Shown here: positions 53,240-62,277 of the stretch, piece by piece
Layout of the letters: each line of letters starts with the position of its first letter
How positions within the stretch are numbered: the first letter of the stretch is position 1
Source of the DNA: Actinoplanes sp.
GTDB lineage: Bacteria > Actinomycetota > Actinomycetes > Mycobacteriales > Micromonosporaceae
NCBI GenBank assembly: GCA_032160305.1
Contig: JAVHVY010000376.1
Coordinates: forward strand, 6,143 to 70,142
DNA: 64,000 nt
Reading direction: 5' to 3'
Notes under the pieces: generated by a model
Seen by the model: only the letters and a program-made list of their open reading frames with translations
Databases searched by the model: none
What the model was told of the DNA's origin: nothing
Translations under genes and position numbers: made by a program

Positions 53240-54574
53240 ATGCACGTAGCGATCGTCGGCGCCGGGCCTACCGGCCTGTTCAGTGCCATTGCTCTGGCCG
53301 GCCGGGGACATCGGGTGACCGTGGTGGACCGCGATCGGGGCCCGGCCGTGGACGGGTCGTGGGCGCGCAGGGGCGTCATGCAGTTCCACCATCCGCACGG
53401 GCTGCGCCAGCAGGTCATCACCTGTCTGGAGGCGGAGCTGCCCCCGGTGAAGGACGCGCTGCTGGCCGCGGGCGCGGTGGTGACCGTGCTGCCGGCCGAG
53501 GGCCCGCGCCCGGAACGGTTGCTGGGGATGCAGTGCCGCCGGTCCACTTTCGAGCGGGTGCTGCGTGCGGTGGCCGTCGGCACGCCCGGCGTCACGCTGC
53601 TGAGCGGCCACGCCGACGACGTGCTGCCGGCCGGTGGCCGTGCGGCCGGCCTGCTGGTCGACGGCCGGGAGCTGGCGGCCGATCTGGTGCTGAACGCCTC
53701 CGGACGCGGCGGCCGGATCGGCGACGGGCTGCGCGGGCCGCAGGAGGGCGCCGACTGCGGGATCGCCTACGTCTCCCGGCACTACGAGCTGCTGCCCGGC
53801 GCCGAAATCGGGCCGGTGAACCGCCCGATCGGCCTGATGCTGCGGTTCCCCGGCTATCTGGCCGGCGTGTTCCTGCAGGACAACCGGACGGTGTGCCTGC
53901 TGATCGCCCGGCTGAGCACCGACCGCGCCCTGGCCGGCCTGCGGCACGAGGCGGCCTTCGACGCGGCCGTCCGGGCCGTCCCGGGCATCGACACCTGGGT
54001 CAGCCCGCAGCGGTGCCGGCCCATCACCGGTGTGCTGCCCGGCGGCCACCTGCGCAACTCGTACCGGGGACAGCTGCGCGACGGCCGGGTCGTGCTGCCC
54101 GGCCTGATCCACGTCGGGGACGCGGTCTGCACCACCAACCCGACCGCGGGCCGGGGAATGGCCACCTCGCTGATGCAGGCCTGCGAACTGCTCAGGCTGC
54201 TCGACAGCGGCGACGACCTCGAAACGGTCACGTTCGGCTTCGACGCCTGGTGCCACGAGCAGATCCGCCCCTGGTACGCCGACCACCTGGCCTGGGACGC
54301 CGACGAGGTGCGCCAGTGGTCGGGCCAGGACGTCGATCTGAGCCGTCCGCTGACCTCGGGCCACATCGTCGCCGCGGGGCAGGCCGACCCGTCGCTGATG
54401 CGGCCGATCGGCGCCTACCTGGGGATGACCGCGCTGCCCCAGACCCTGCTGGCGATCGAACCGCGGGCCCACGAGCTCTACGCCGGGGGCTGGCGGCCGC
54501 CGCTGCCGGTCGGGCCGAGCCGCGACGAACTCGTCACCCTGATCACCCCGATCGCGGCTGCCGCCGCCCGCTGA
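53240..54574 (+). CDS. FAD-dependent oxidoreductase/monooxygenase
   Basis: IVGAGPTG, VDRD, RGVMQFHHPH, DLVLNASGR, VGDAVCTTNPTAGRGM. Confidence 0.85.
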   Translation: MHVAIVGAGPTGLFSAIALAGRGHRVTVVDRDRGPAVDGSWARRGVMQFHHPHGLRQQVITCLEAELPPVKDALLAAGAVVTVLPAEGPRPERLLGMQCRRSTFERVLRAVAVGTPGVTLLSGHADDVLPAGGRAAGLLVDGRELAADLVLNASGRGGRIGDGLRGPQEGADCGIAYVSRHYELLPGAEIGPVNRPIGLMLRFPGYLAGVFLQDNRTVCLLIARLSTDRALAGLRHEAAFDAAVRAVPGIDTWVSPQRCRPITGVLPGGHLRNSYRGQLRDGRVVLPGLIHVGDAVCTTNPTAGRGMATSLMQACELLRLLDSGDDLETVTFGFDAWCHEQIRPWYADHLAWDADEVRQWSGQDVDLSRPLTSGHIVAAGQADPSLMRPIGAYLGMTALPQTLLAIEPRAHELYAGGWRPPLPVGPSRDELVTLITPIAAAAAR

Positions 54575-55973
54575 GCCCGCGCAACGCGGCCAGCCCGAGC
54601 GCGCTGCGCGGCTGGTAGGCGACCCGCCACAAGCCACCGTGCGCGGCCCCGAACGCCTCGTCCTGCCAGGCCAGGTCGGCGGCCGGCCGCGGTCGGCGCA
54701 GCTGGTGCACGAGCAGGGCGGCCATGAGTTTGTTCGAGGTGGTCGGGGCGAAAACCTCCACCCCGAAGAGATGCGCCCCCGCGTACGCCGCGGCCAGCAG
54801 CCGGTTGTTCGTCACCGACCGGGTGTTCGTCGGCGGGGCGACGGCGAAACTGGTCGTCACCCCGTCCTGCCGGGAGATCGTGGCCCGCCAGCGCTGGATC
54901 CGCTTCGCCAGGGCGTAGTTCGGTCCCTGCTGGGCGATGAGGCTGTCGGCGATGCCCGGATCCGCGTCGCCGGGATAGTTCGGCCGCAGCAGCCGCCCGC
55001 CGGAGAGCCGCCCGGTCAGCCGGGCCCGCCGGCTGCGGTCCCGGAACCGTTCGCCGGCCTGGGTGACCGCGGAGTGCGGGACGGCGTACACGTCAGTCGG
55101 CGTGGCCAGGAAGGCCAGCGCGGTGTCCGGACGCTGCTGGCGGACGTGCACGGTCAGCGCGTCGACCGCCGCCGACAGTCGGGCGTAGACCGCTCCGGGA
55201 GCGTAGACGTAGTTGCCGAGGACCAGCCGGCCGTCGATGCCGGCCAGCCACTCGGCGACCGCCGGCAGGTCGGTGAGCAGGTCGGCGCCGTTCTCCGGAA
55301 TGATCAGCCGGCCGGCGGCGCCCTCGGCGGTGCGCCGGATCCGGGCCTGCAGCTCGGGCCGGGGCAGGTCGACGCCGACCACCGTGCCGCCCCAGCCGAG
55401 CACCGCGGGCAGCGGGCCCATCTCCGCGGCCGCCCCGAGCACCACCACGCTCAGATCGGCCAGGTCGAGCCAGTCCGGGTTGGCGGCGACCTCGCGGACC
55501 ATCTCGACGCAGGACTGCTCGATGGTCCCGGCGGCGGCCCAGACGTCCAGCTGCCGCTGGAGCCCGGCGCCGCGGAGCAGCTCACCCGCGTACGGAAGGA
55601 TCAGCTCGGTCTCGGGTTTCTCCGGGCCCGTCACCGTGACCGTCCGCAGTGGCCGGTGGGCCGGGACTCTCAGCGCCTCGGCCAGCGTGAGCTCCGCGCC
55701 GTCCTGCTCGGCCCGCATCCGGTTCTGCACGGCGGCCAGCCCCGCCCGGGCGATCGCGTAACCCGCGCCCGGTGCCAGCCCGGCCTCGACCAGTGCCCGG
55801 AAGTGCCGCGAATAACCGCGCCGCCAGTTCTGTTCCCGCCGGGCCGCTTCGGCCGCGGCCGGGTCGACGGCCTGCATCGCCTCGGCCACCACCGCCCGGC
55901 CCAGGGCCGAACTACTGCGCTCGCCGGTCGCCGTCCGGGGGAAAACCACATCGGTCACCGGCACAGTCTCCAC
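54543..55973 (-). CDS. Hypothetical protein with a Rossmann-like motif
   Basis: Coherent 476-aa frame; VVVLGAAAEMGP...VVGVD, FLATPTD, QQGPNYALAKR, HGGLWR; family not recognised. Confidence 0.75.
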   Translation of the reverse strand: METVPVTDVVFPRTATGERSSSALGRAVVAEAMQAVDPAAAEAARREQNWRRGYSRHFRALVEAGLAPGAGYAIARAGLAAVQNRMRAEQDGAELTLAEALRVPAHRPLRTVTVTGPEKPETELILPYAGELLRGAGLQRQLDVWAAAGTIEQSCVEMVREVAANPDWLDLADLSVVVLGAAAEMGPLPAVLGWGGTVVGVDLPRPELQARIRRTAEGAAGRLIIPENGADLLTDLPAVAEWLAGIDGRLVLGNYVYAPGAVYARLSAAVDALTVHVRQQRPDTALAFLATPTDVYAVPHSAVTQAGERFRDRSRRARLTGRLSGGRLLRPNYPGDADPGIADSLIAQQGPNYALAKRIQRWRATISRQDGVTTSFAVAPPTNTRSVTNNRLLAAAYAGAHLFGVEVFAPTTSNKLMAALLVHQLRRPRPAADLAWQDEAFGAAHGGLWRVAYQPRSALGLAALRGLSGRRQPRSG

Positions 55974-56021
55974 CTTCGGCCGCCGCCATGGGCAGGAGGC
56001 AGGGTTGGACCGGCTGGCAGG

Positions 56022-56061
56022 AGAAGGCCGAGGATCCGTGGCGGCGGATCCCCGGCCTTCT
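56022..56061. terminator. Hairpin downstream of the FMN reductase
   Basis: AGAAGGCCG-A-GGATCCG / CGGATCC-C-CGGCCTTCT, 16 bp with one mismatch and a 6-nt loop. Confidence 0.55.
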
Positions 56062-56164
56062 ATCTCGCCACGCTAGCGCCTGGGCATGGTGGCCCGATCG
56101 TGGACGATGCCAGGGAGGTTGCAACCGCCACGCATTCGCCAGCGCCGTTGGAGCGGGCAGGCCG

Positions 56165-56644
56165 TCACCAGGCTCGCGCGGTGACGTATTTCTCCGCAAC
56201 GGCCGCCGATTCACCCAACTCGGCCTCGGTCACCGTCAGCTCGTCGCCCACCTCGGCGCCCACCTCGGCCAGCAGTTGCCGCAGCAGGGCGCCGGCGGCG
56301 GCGGCCTGCGGCGCGATCCCGGCGGTGACGACCGGGACGGCCCGCTTACCGGCCAGAGCGGCGGCCGGGAGCTGGTCGAGGAGCACTTTCAGGACGCCGG
56401 TGTAGCTGCCCTTGTAGGTGGGTGTCGCGACGACGAGCACCTCGGCCGCCCGGATCAGAGCGAGGGCGCCGGCGGTGTCCGGGTCGCCGGGGGTGAGCAG
56501 CCCGGCCCCGAGCGCCCCGGCGTCGACCACCGCGGGCTCGGCGGCGCCTTGGGCGTGTGCGATCGCCGTTGCGACCGCGGTGGCCAGGACGAGGGTCCGG
56601 GAACCGGGACGGGGATTTCCGGAGACGACGACGATCGTGGACAT
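56165..56644 (-). CDS. NAD(P)H-dependent FMN reductase, SsuE-like
   Basis: VVSGNPRPGSRT, ATPTYKGSYTGVLKVLLD; ATG 56644. Confidence 0.88.
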   Translation of the reverse strand: MSTIVVVSGNPRPGSRTLVLATAVATAIAHAQGAAEPAVVDAGALGAGLLTPGDPDTAGALALIRAAEVLVVATPTYKGSYTGVLKVLLDQLPAAALAGKRAVPVVTAGIAPQAAAAGALLRQLLAEVGAEVGDELTVTEAELGESAAVAEKYVTARAW

Positions 56645-56720
56645 CGGGTGGTCCCCCTGGGCTGTGGTCCAGAATCTGGGAGGCATGCTGTCGAGACCAC
56701 CGTGCGTTGCCGTTCACCGT

Positions 56721-56774
56721 CCTGTCAACGGGCGTCCCATATCCTAGTAAGCCTATGGGAAACCTGTTGACAGG
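56721..56774. promoter_or_regulatory. Nested inverted repeats in the FMN reductase / cupin divergon, Rrf2 (CymR)-like box
   Basis: CCTGTCAAC...GTTGACAGG flank CCCATA-N12-TATGGG; AT-rich core ATATCCTAGTAAGCCTATGGGAAA. Confidence 0.45.
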
Positions 56775-56804
56775 TTCGGGTGTGGCGGACGACAGTGGGG
56801 CACT

Positions 56805-57227
56805 GTGAGCGACGACTTCCACCGTAGACTGCACCACGTCGCGCCGCTCGGTCTCAGTGGTGAGACCGCGCAGACGGCCGGCATGACGCGGATCGAGGCG
56901 ATCAGCGGGCGGACCGTCGGCAGCCGGGCGCTGTGGATGGGTGAGACGCATGTCGCCGCCGCCACCGCCAGCGGCAACCACCACCACGGCGAGTCGGAGA
57001 CGGCGATCTACGTCGTGCGCGGCAAGCCGGTCTTCGTTTTCCTCGACGAACAGACCGGCGCGGAGACGCGTCTCGAGACGAAGCCCGGCGACTACGTCTT
57101 CGTGCCGCCGTGGGTGCCGCACCGCGAGGAGAATCCGGACCCGGCGAACGTGGCGGTCGTGGTGATCGCCCGTACGACGCAGGAGGCCATAGTGGTCAAC
57201 CTGCCCTCTCTCGAACGCGCTGACTGA
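56805..57227 (+). CDS. Cupin domain protein (RmlC-like)
   Basis: Motif 1 SGNHHHGESETAIYVVRG, motif 2 PGDYVFVPPWVPHRE. Confidence 0.8.
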   Translation: MSDDFHRRLHHVAPLGLSGETAQTAGMTRIEAISGRTVGSRALWMGETHVAAATASGNHHHGESETAIYVVRGKPVFVFLDEQTGAETRLETKPGDYVFVPPWVPHREENPDPANVAVVVIARTTQEAIVVNLPSLERAD

Positions 57228-57328
57228 ACCATTTCGGTGGACGCCATCCCCCCTTCGCCGAGGGGATCGCGCCGTTTCAGTCGCCGCCGAGATCCGGCCG
57301 GCGACTCGTTCTGCCCTCGGGAGGAACA

Positions 57329-57838
57329 GTGTCCGTGCTCGCCACCCATCCCACCTCGTCCCGGCGTGCCCGGATCGGCCGCCCCCGGCTCGCCCGGCTG
57401 CGCACGATCCCGGGGACCGTCACCGTGACCATCAGCGTCGACGCCGTCGGCACTCCCGAGGGCGAACGTGTCCTGGCCGTCCTGCGTGATCTGGTCGCCG
57501 CCGCCGGCTCGGTCGTGCTCGTCCCGCCGCCGGACGGCACCGGCGCCGGGCTGCGCCTGGATCCGCGTTCCCGGATCGCCACCCGCGACGGCAAACCGCT
57601 CGATCTGAGTCGTCTCGAGTTCGACCTGCTGCTGTTCTTCGCCCGGCATCCGAACGAGGTCTTCACCCGCAGTCAGTTGCTGCTGCAGGTGTGGGGCCAC
57701 AAGCACACCACCAAACGCACGGTCGACGTGCACGTCAGCCGGCTGCGCACGAAGGTCGGCGAACCCGAAGTGATCACCACGGTCTACGGCGTCGGCTACC
57801 GGTTGGCCGACGAGGTGCCGGTGGCGCTCGGCGATTAG
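57329..57838 (+). CDS. OmpR-type winged-helix DNA-binding protein without a receiver domain
   Basis: LSRLEFDLLLFF...FTRSQLL...VW...RTVDVHVSRLRTK...TVYGVGY; RBS GGAGG. Confidence 0.8.
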   Translation: MSVLATHPTSSRRARIGRPRLARLRTIPGTVTVTISVDAVGTPEGERVLAVLRDLVAAAGSVVLVPPPDGTGAGLRLDPRSRIATRDGKPLDLSRLEFDLLLFFARHPNEVFTRSQLLLQVWGHKHTTKRTVDVHVSRLRTKVGEPEVITTVYGVGYRLADEVPVALGD

Positions 57839-58018
57839 GCCATCCGTATCCCGACTGGGTGATAGCGCCGTGGCTCCGACTCTGGCCTGATCCGGACCAG
57901 GGTGTGCGCCGAGCCGCTCGGCGTCTACGGCGTATCGGGCTTCTGACCCATCTTTTTACCCATGGTGTGAAGGTGGTCACTCGCGAGTGGCCGCCGTACG
58001 CATGAGTAGGACACATAT

Positions 58019-59266
58019 GTGACAGTCGATCCCCCCGCGGGGGACATTGATGAGATTCGCCTCGCCATCCGCAAGGAGTGCCGCATGCCCGCCGAAACGC
58101 CGATCGATTCGAAACGAAAGGTCGAGCGCGGAGAGTTGACCCCCGGCTGTCCCGCGCACGCCGGCCCGGACGACGTCTGGAAGGTGCAGGACTTCGGCAC
58201 CGCCCGGGCGATGCTGCGCCACACCGAGACCCGGCAGGCCGGATTCGGCATCGAGCGGATGGACCGGAGGAGCGGCAAAATGCGGATGCCGGTGCTCTTT
58301 CGCGATGGTGCGGAGCACCGCGAGCACCGCCGGCAGACCGCCAAGTACTTCACCCCGAAGAAGGTCGACACCTCGTACCGGGAGCTGATGGGGCGGCTTG
58401 CCGATGAGCAGTGCGATCTGCTGCGCCGCCGGGGCGAGGCGGATCTGTCCCAGTTGTCGTTCCGGCTGGCCGTGGCCGTCGCCGCCGAGGTCATCGGCCT
58501 CACCGAGAGCGTCCCCGGCATGGCGAAGAGGCTGGAGCGGTTCTTCGAGGAGCCCGACGGCACGCCCGGCCGGCGTAACCCGAAAGCGGCGTACAAGCAA
58601 TGGCGGTCGCACCTGAACATGGCGCTGTTCTACTGGCGTGACGTGCGCCCGGCCGTGGCCGCGCGCAAGGCCAAGAGCCGCGACGACCTGATCTCGCACC
58701 TGCTCGGCGAGGACTGTACCAAGCCCGAGATCCTCGGCGAGTGCATGACGTTCGCCGCCGCCGGCATGATCACCACCCGCGAGTTCATCACGGTCGCGGC
58801 CTGGCACCTCTTCAGCGACGACGCCCTGCGGCTGGCCTACGTGGAAGGCACCGAGAAGCAGCGCGTCGCGATCCTGCACGAGATCCTGCGACTCGAACCG
58901 GTCATCGGCAACCTGTTCCGCCGCACCACAGCCGAGATCCAGGTCGGCGACGTGACGATCCCGGCCGGCGCCCACGTCGACATCAGCGTCGCGGCGACCA
59001 ACCTGGACTCGGCCGCGGTCGGCGCCGACCCCGGCGCGGTGTGCCCGGCCCGGCTCGTCGCCGACGGCGTCGGCGACGCCGGCCTGTCCTTCGGCGACGG
59101 CCCGCACCGCTGCCCGGGCGCCTACATCGCCATCCAGGAGACCGACATCTTCCTGACCAAGCTGTTCGCCCTGCCCGGCCTGACCCTGGTCCAGGAGCCG
59201 ACCACCCGGATCCGGCCGGAGATCGCCAGTTACGAACTGGTCGGCATGCGCCTTAGGGTGAACTGA
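58019..59266 (+). CDS. Cytochrome P450
   Basis: I-helix AAGMITT, EILR (ExxR), heme motif FGDGPHRCPG. Start may be ATG 58085. Confidence 0.92.
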   Translation: MTVDPPAGDIDEIRLAIRKECRMPAETPIDSKRKVERGELTPGCPAHAGPDDVWKVQDFGTARAMLRHTETRQAGFGIERMDRRSGKMRMPVLFRDGAEHREHRRQTAKYFTPKKVDTSYRELMGRLADEQCDLLRRRGEADLSQLSFRLAVAVAAEVIGLTESVPGMAKRLERFFEEPDGTPGRRNPKAAYKQWRSHLNMALFYWRDVRPAVAARKAKSRDDLISHLLGEDCTKPEILGECMTFAAAGMITTREFITVAAWHLFSDDALRLAYVEGTEKQRVAILHEILRLEPVIGNLFRRTTAEIQVGDVTIPAGAHVDISVAATNLDSAAVGADPGAVCPARLVADGVGDAGLSFGDGPHRCPGAYIAIQETDIFLTKLFALPGLTLVQEPTTRIRPEIASYELVGMRLRVN

Positions 59267-59275
59267 CCCGTTCGC

Positions 59276-59403
59276 CGAGGACCGGGACGGCGAAGCCGAT
59301 CTCCTTGGTGACGGCTAAGCGGGGACTAACTGCCGGTTCATCGAGGACCGGGAAGGCGAAGCCGATCTCCCTGGTGACGGCGAAGCGGGGACTAACTGCC
59401 GGT
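59276..59403. repeat. Tandem duplication, two 62-bp units with 66-bp period
   Basis: CGAGGACCGGGA(C/A)GGCGAAGCCGATCTCC(T/C)TGGTGACGGC(T/G)AAGCGGGGACTAACTGCCGGT at 59276 and 59342; 3 substitutions. Confidence 0.85.
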
Positions 59404-61182
59404 CTGGCCGGATTCGTACCGGAGGGTTTCAGCGACGTTGTCGGCTTCCACGTGTCCCGGTCCGGACACCGGCGGCGCGGCCGGGCGCTCATTGCGGCGC
59501 GGCCGCGCGGTCCTGGCTCGCCGCGCCGGTTCGGTGAGCTCCTTCGGAGCGACCGTCGGCTGGGTGGCCCTCCGCGGCCGCCGGCCGCGGACCGCCCGCG
59601 CCGTCGCCTCCGGCTGTCCGTCGTCTACGGACGGCCTTCGCCCGGGCGAGATCCCGCCCGTCGCCGCCGTCCGCTCCCGGTGATCACCCAGATCCGATCT
59701 GGACGGGGTACGGTCTGCCCTGGTCGTAGTCGGTCCCGGCTCGAATACGACGACCAGTTCGCCCTCGATGGTGACGAAGTCTGAGGCCGGCTCCGCCTCA
59801 GCGGCTCTGGAGCGCGCTGATCCAGGCCCGTTCCGGGCGGCTCCGCTGTGCCGTGATCCGGGCTCGTTCCCGGCGGCTCCGGTACCTCTGGCTCCGGGCT
59901 TAGGGGCGGTCGCCGCCTGCATGGGGACGTCGCGGGACTGGCCCTCGTCGGCCCCGGCTGCCGTCGGCTCGTCGGCCCTGGCTGCCGTCGGCTCGTCGGC
60001 CCCGGCCGTCGGCCTGTCGGCCCTGGCTGCCGTCGCCCTTACGACCGGCTCCGGCTTGCTTTCGGCGGTGGCCGGACCGTCCGGCGGGCGCGCTTGTCCT
60101 CGCCTGGGGTCGTCGCTCAGATCCTGGAGCACCACCCCGGCGGTGGTCAGGCGTTCGGCCACCCCGATGTCGATCCGTTCTTCCCGGCGGACGGCTGCCG
60201 ACAGCCCCAGGTACAGCAGGGCGCCGAGCAGGACTGCCAGCACACAGCCGGCCGGCAGTACGACCAGGTCCGTGCGGGCGGCGTCCGGCAGCAGCGCCCG
60301 CGTCGCGGTCGTCGTGCCCAGCACCCACTCCCGCTGACCCGAGTGGAAGGTCTGGGTGCGCCGCACGTCTCCGGTGCGGTTCTCGGATACCCGGGCGACC
60401 TGGGTCAGCAACCCGCTCGCCGAACGGGTCAGCAACGTCGCGTCCAGCAGGCCGCCGGACTCCGCGGACAGGCTCGCGGTGAGCAGGTCGGTGCCACGGA
60501 CACTCAGTGACAGATAACCGGCCGGCGTGCGGTCGCCAGTCTCGTAGACCGGCGCGAGCACGTCGAAGGACACCTGTTGCCGTGGTGGGGGCAGCGCCGC
60601 GTCGCCCGGCAGCAGGTACGGGTCCGAGAGCGCGATGCCGCCGGCAGTGCGGGCCAGCCGGGCGCCCTCGACCTCGGCCGGGGTGGCTGCCTGGTCGGCC
60701 CCGATGGCGGTGGCGGGCCCGCCGTTCAGGCCGCGGGCGAAGACGGTGAACAGGTGTTGCCGGGCGCCCTTGACCGGGTCGATCGTCAGCCCGGGCACGC
60801 CGCGGGAACGCCAGGTCGCGGCGACGGCGCCGAGCTGGTCGGGGGAGGCGGGGACGAGGAACCGCACGGCGACGGCCGCGGGCAGGTGCTGGGCCACGAT
60901 CGCCGAGGTGATCCCGGTGAAACCGGCCGCGGTGGGCGTCGGCAGGGCGTTCAGGCCGGCGGCGCTCGCGCGTACGGTATCGGTGTAGGCCGAAAGCTGA
61001 CCGCTCACCGTGCTCTGCAGGGCCGCGCTGGTGTCGGTCATCCGGATTTCGGCACTGCGTTGCAGGGCGTTGTGCAGGTGGGCGGCGAGGCCCAGCGACA
61101 CAGCCATCCCGCCCAGAACCATGACGAGGGCGAAGAAAACGGACCACCCGCGTGATAAGCCGCCGGTGCTTTTCCTCGCCAT
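59392..61182 (-). CDS. CHASE-like membrane sensor lacking an output domain, low-complexity tail
   Basis: Two TM segments flank a CHASE-like region (ALSDPYLL, VLAPVY, GYLSLSV); no H box or GGDEF after TM2; 24-bp repeats (ADEPTAAR) in the tail. Confidence 0.7.
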   Translation of the reverse strand: MARKSTGGLSRGWSVFFALVMVLGGMAVSLGLAAHLHNALQRSAEIRMTDTSAALQSTVSGQLSAYTDTVRASAAGLNALPTPTAAGFTGITSAIVAQHLPAAVAVRFLVPASPDQLGAVAATWRSRGVPGLTIDPVKGARQHLFTVFARGLNGGPATAIGADQAATPAEVEGARLARTAGGIALSDPYLLPGDAALPPPRQQVSFDVLAPVYETGDRTPAGYLSLSVRGTDLLTASLSAESGGLLDATLLTRSASGLLTQVARVSENRTGDVRRTQTFHSGQREWVLGTTTATRALLPDAARTDLVVLPAGCVLAVLLGALLYLGLSAAVRREERIDIGVAERLTTAGVVLQDLSDDPRRGQARPPDGPATAESKPEPVVRATAARADRPTAGADEPTAARADEPTAAGADEGQSRDVPMQAATAPKPGARGTGAAGNEPGSRHSGAARNGPGSARSRAAEAEPASDFVTIEGELVVVFEPGPTTTRADRTPSRSDLGDHRERTAATGGISPGRRPSVDDGQPEATARAVRGRRPRRATQPTVAPKELTEPARRARTARPRRNERPAAPPVSGPGHVEADNVAETLRYESGQTGS

Positions 61183-61192
61183 CCACCCGAAT

Positions 61193-62152
61193 TTAGCTGG
61201 ACTTTCGGCTATTTGTCGGAGAATCCTCCTCGGCCACCCGCTCCTCGCCGCGGCGGCGCAGCATTTTCAGGCCCGGCAGCCCCGCGATGGCCAGATGCAG
61301 ATCCTGGGTCACCCCGAGCAGTTGGTGCAGATCGGGGCCGACCTGGTCGAGCTTGCCGAGCAGCGGCATCACGTCGTCGATCAGGTGCTCGCGCAGCCGG
61401 GGCAGCTCGTCGACCATCCGGATCGCCGCGGTGACCTCGTCCGGCGACAGCTCGTCGACGAAGCGGCCGGCCAGCGGCGCCGCCTTCTGCAGCATCGGCA
61501 GATACCCGTCGAGCAGCCGGGACAGCTCCGCGGTCGCCGCCGCGGCCTGCTCGACCGCGGCGGTGGCCGTCCCGGTGGCCGCCGAGGCGTCCCCGAGCAC
61601 CACCCCGGCCGTCGCAGTGGCCCGCTCCGCCTTCTCCAGCACCGCCGAGGCCCCTGCCGTCACGGCCTCGGCCACCGCCACCAGCCGCGACGCCTCGGCG
61701 GTGACGCCGCCGGCCTCGCCGACCAGGTCGGCGGCTCCGGCGGTGACGGTGCCGGCACGGACCACCAGGCCGGCTGCTGCACCGGTGATAGCCGCGGCCT
61801 CGTCGACGATCCGGGATGCGCCGGTGGTCAGGGCTGAGGCTTCCTCGATCGTCAGGGCGGCCGCCGCGGCGGTGGCCTGTGCCGACCGGACCGTCTCCCG
61901 GGCCTGGGCCACGATCACGGTGACCTCGTTGATCAGGCCTTCCGCGCTGTCGGCGATCACTGTGATCCGGGTGACGAGCAGTTCCGCCTGACCGAGCAGG
62001 CTCATCGCCCGCACCGGCACGGTCGAGACGGCCGCGGCGGCCTCGATCACCTGGCCGACGGCAGAGCGGGTCACGTCGACCAACGCGGACGGGGACAGCG
62101 CGATCGACGCGGCCCGGGAGAGCAACGCGGACGGTGACGGAAGAAGGGCCAT
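61193..62152 (-). CDS. Ala-rich helical hypothetical protein
   Basis: Repetitive Ala/Thr helices; C-terminal DELPRLREHL...LDQVGPDLHQLL...GLPGLKMLRRRG. Confidence 0.75.
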   Translation of the reverse strand: MALLPSPSALLSRAASIALSPSALVDVTRSAVGQVIEAAAAVSTVPVRAMSLLGQAELLVTRITVIADSAEGLINEVTVIVAQARETVRSAQATAAAAALTIEEASALTTGASRIVDEAAAITGAAAGLVVRAGTVTAGAADLVGEAGGVTAEASRLVAVAEAVTAGASAVLEKAERATATAGVVLGDASAATGTATAAVEQAAAATAELSRLLDGYLPMLQKAAPLAGRFVDELSPDEVTAAIRMVDELPRLREHLIDDVMPLLGKLDQVGPDLHQLLGVTQDLHLAIAGLPGLKMLRRRGEERVAEEDSPTNSRKSS

Positions 62153-62277
62153 CTCTCCATTGTGCGCCGGTTACTGTCCGTGATGACGACCGAGCCCTGG
62201 GTCGAAAGTTCAGGCTAATTTTCCATAGATCCTTTGTCGGGGCGGCGCAGGGGCCTCCGGCGCGGCAGTATGCAACG

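Noticed and set aside
59276-59403. CRISPR array or IS ends
   Set aside because: Two direct units with a 4-bp gap; no spacers, terminal inverted repeats or transposase.
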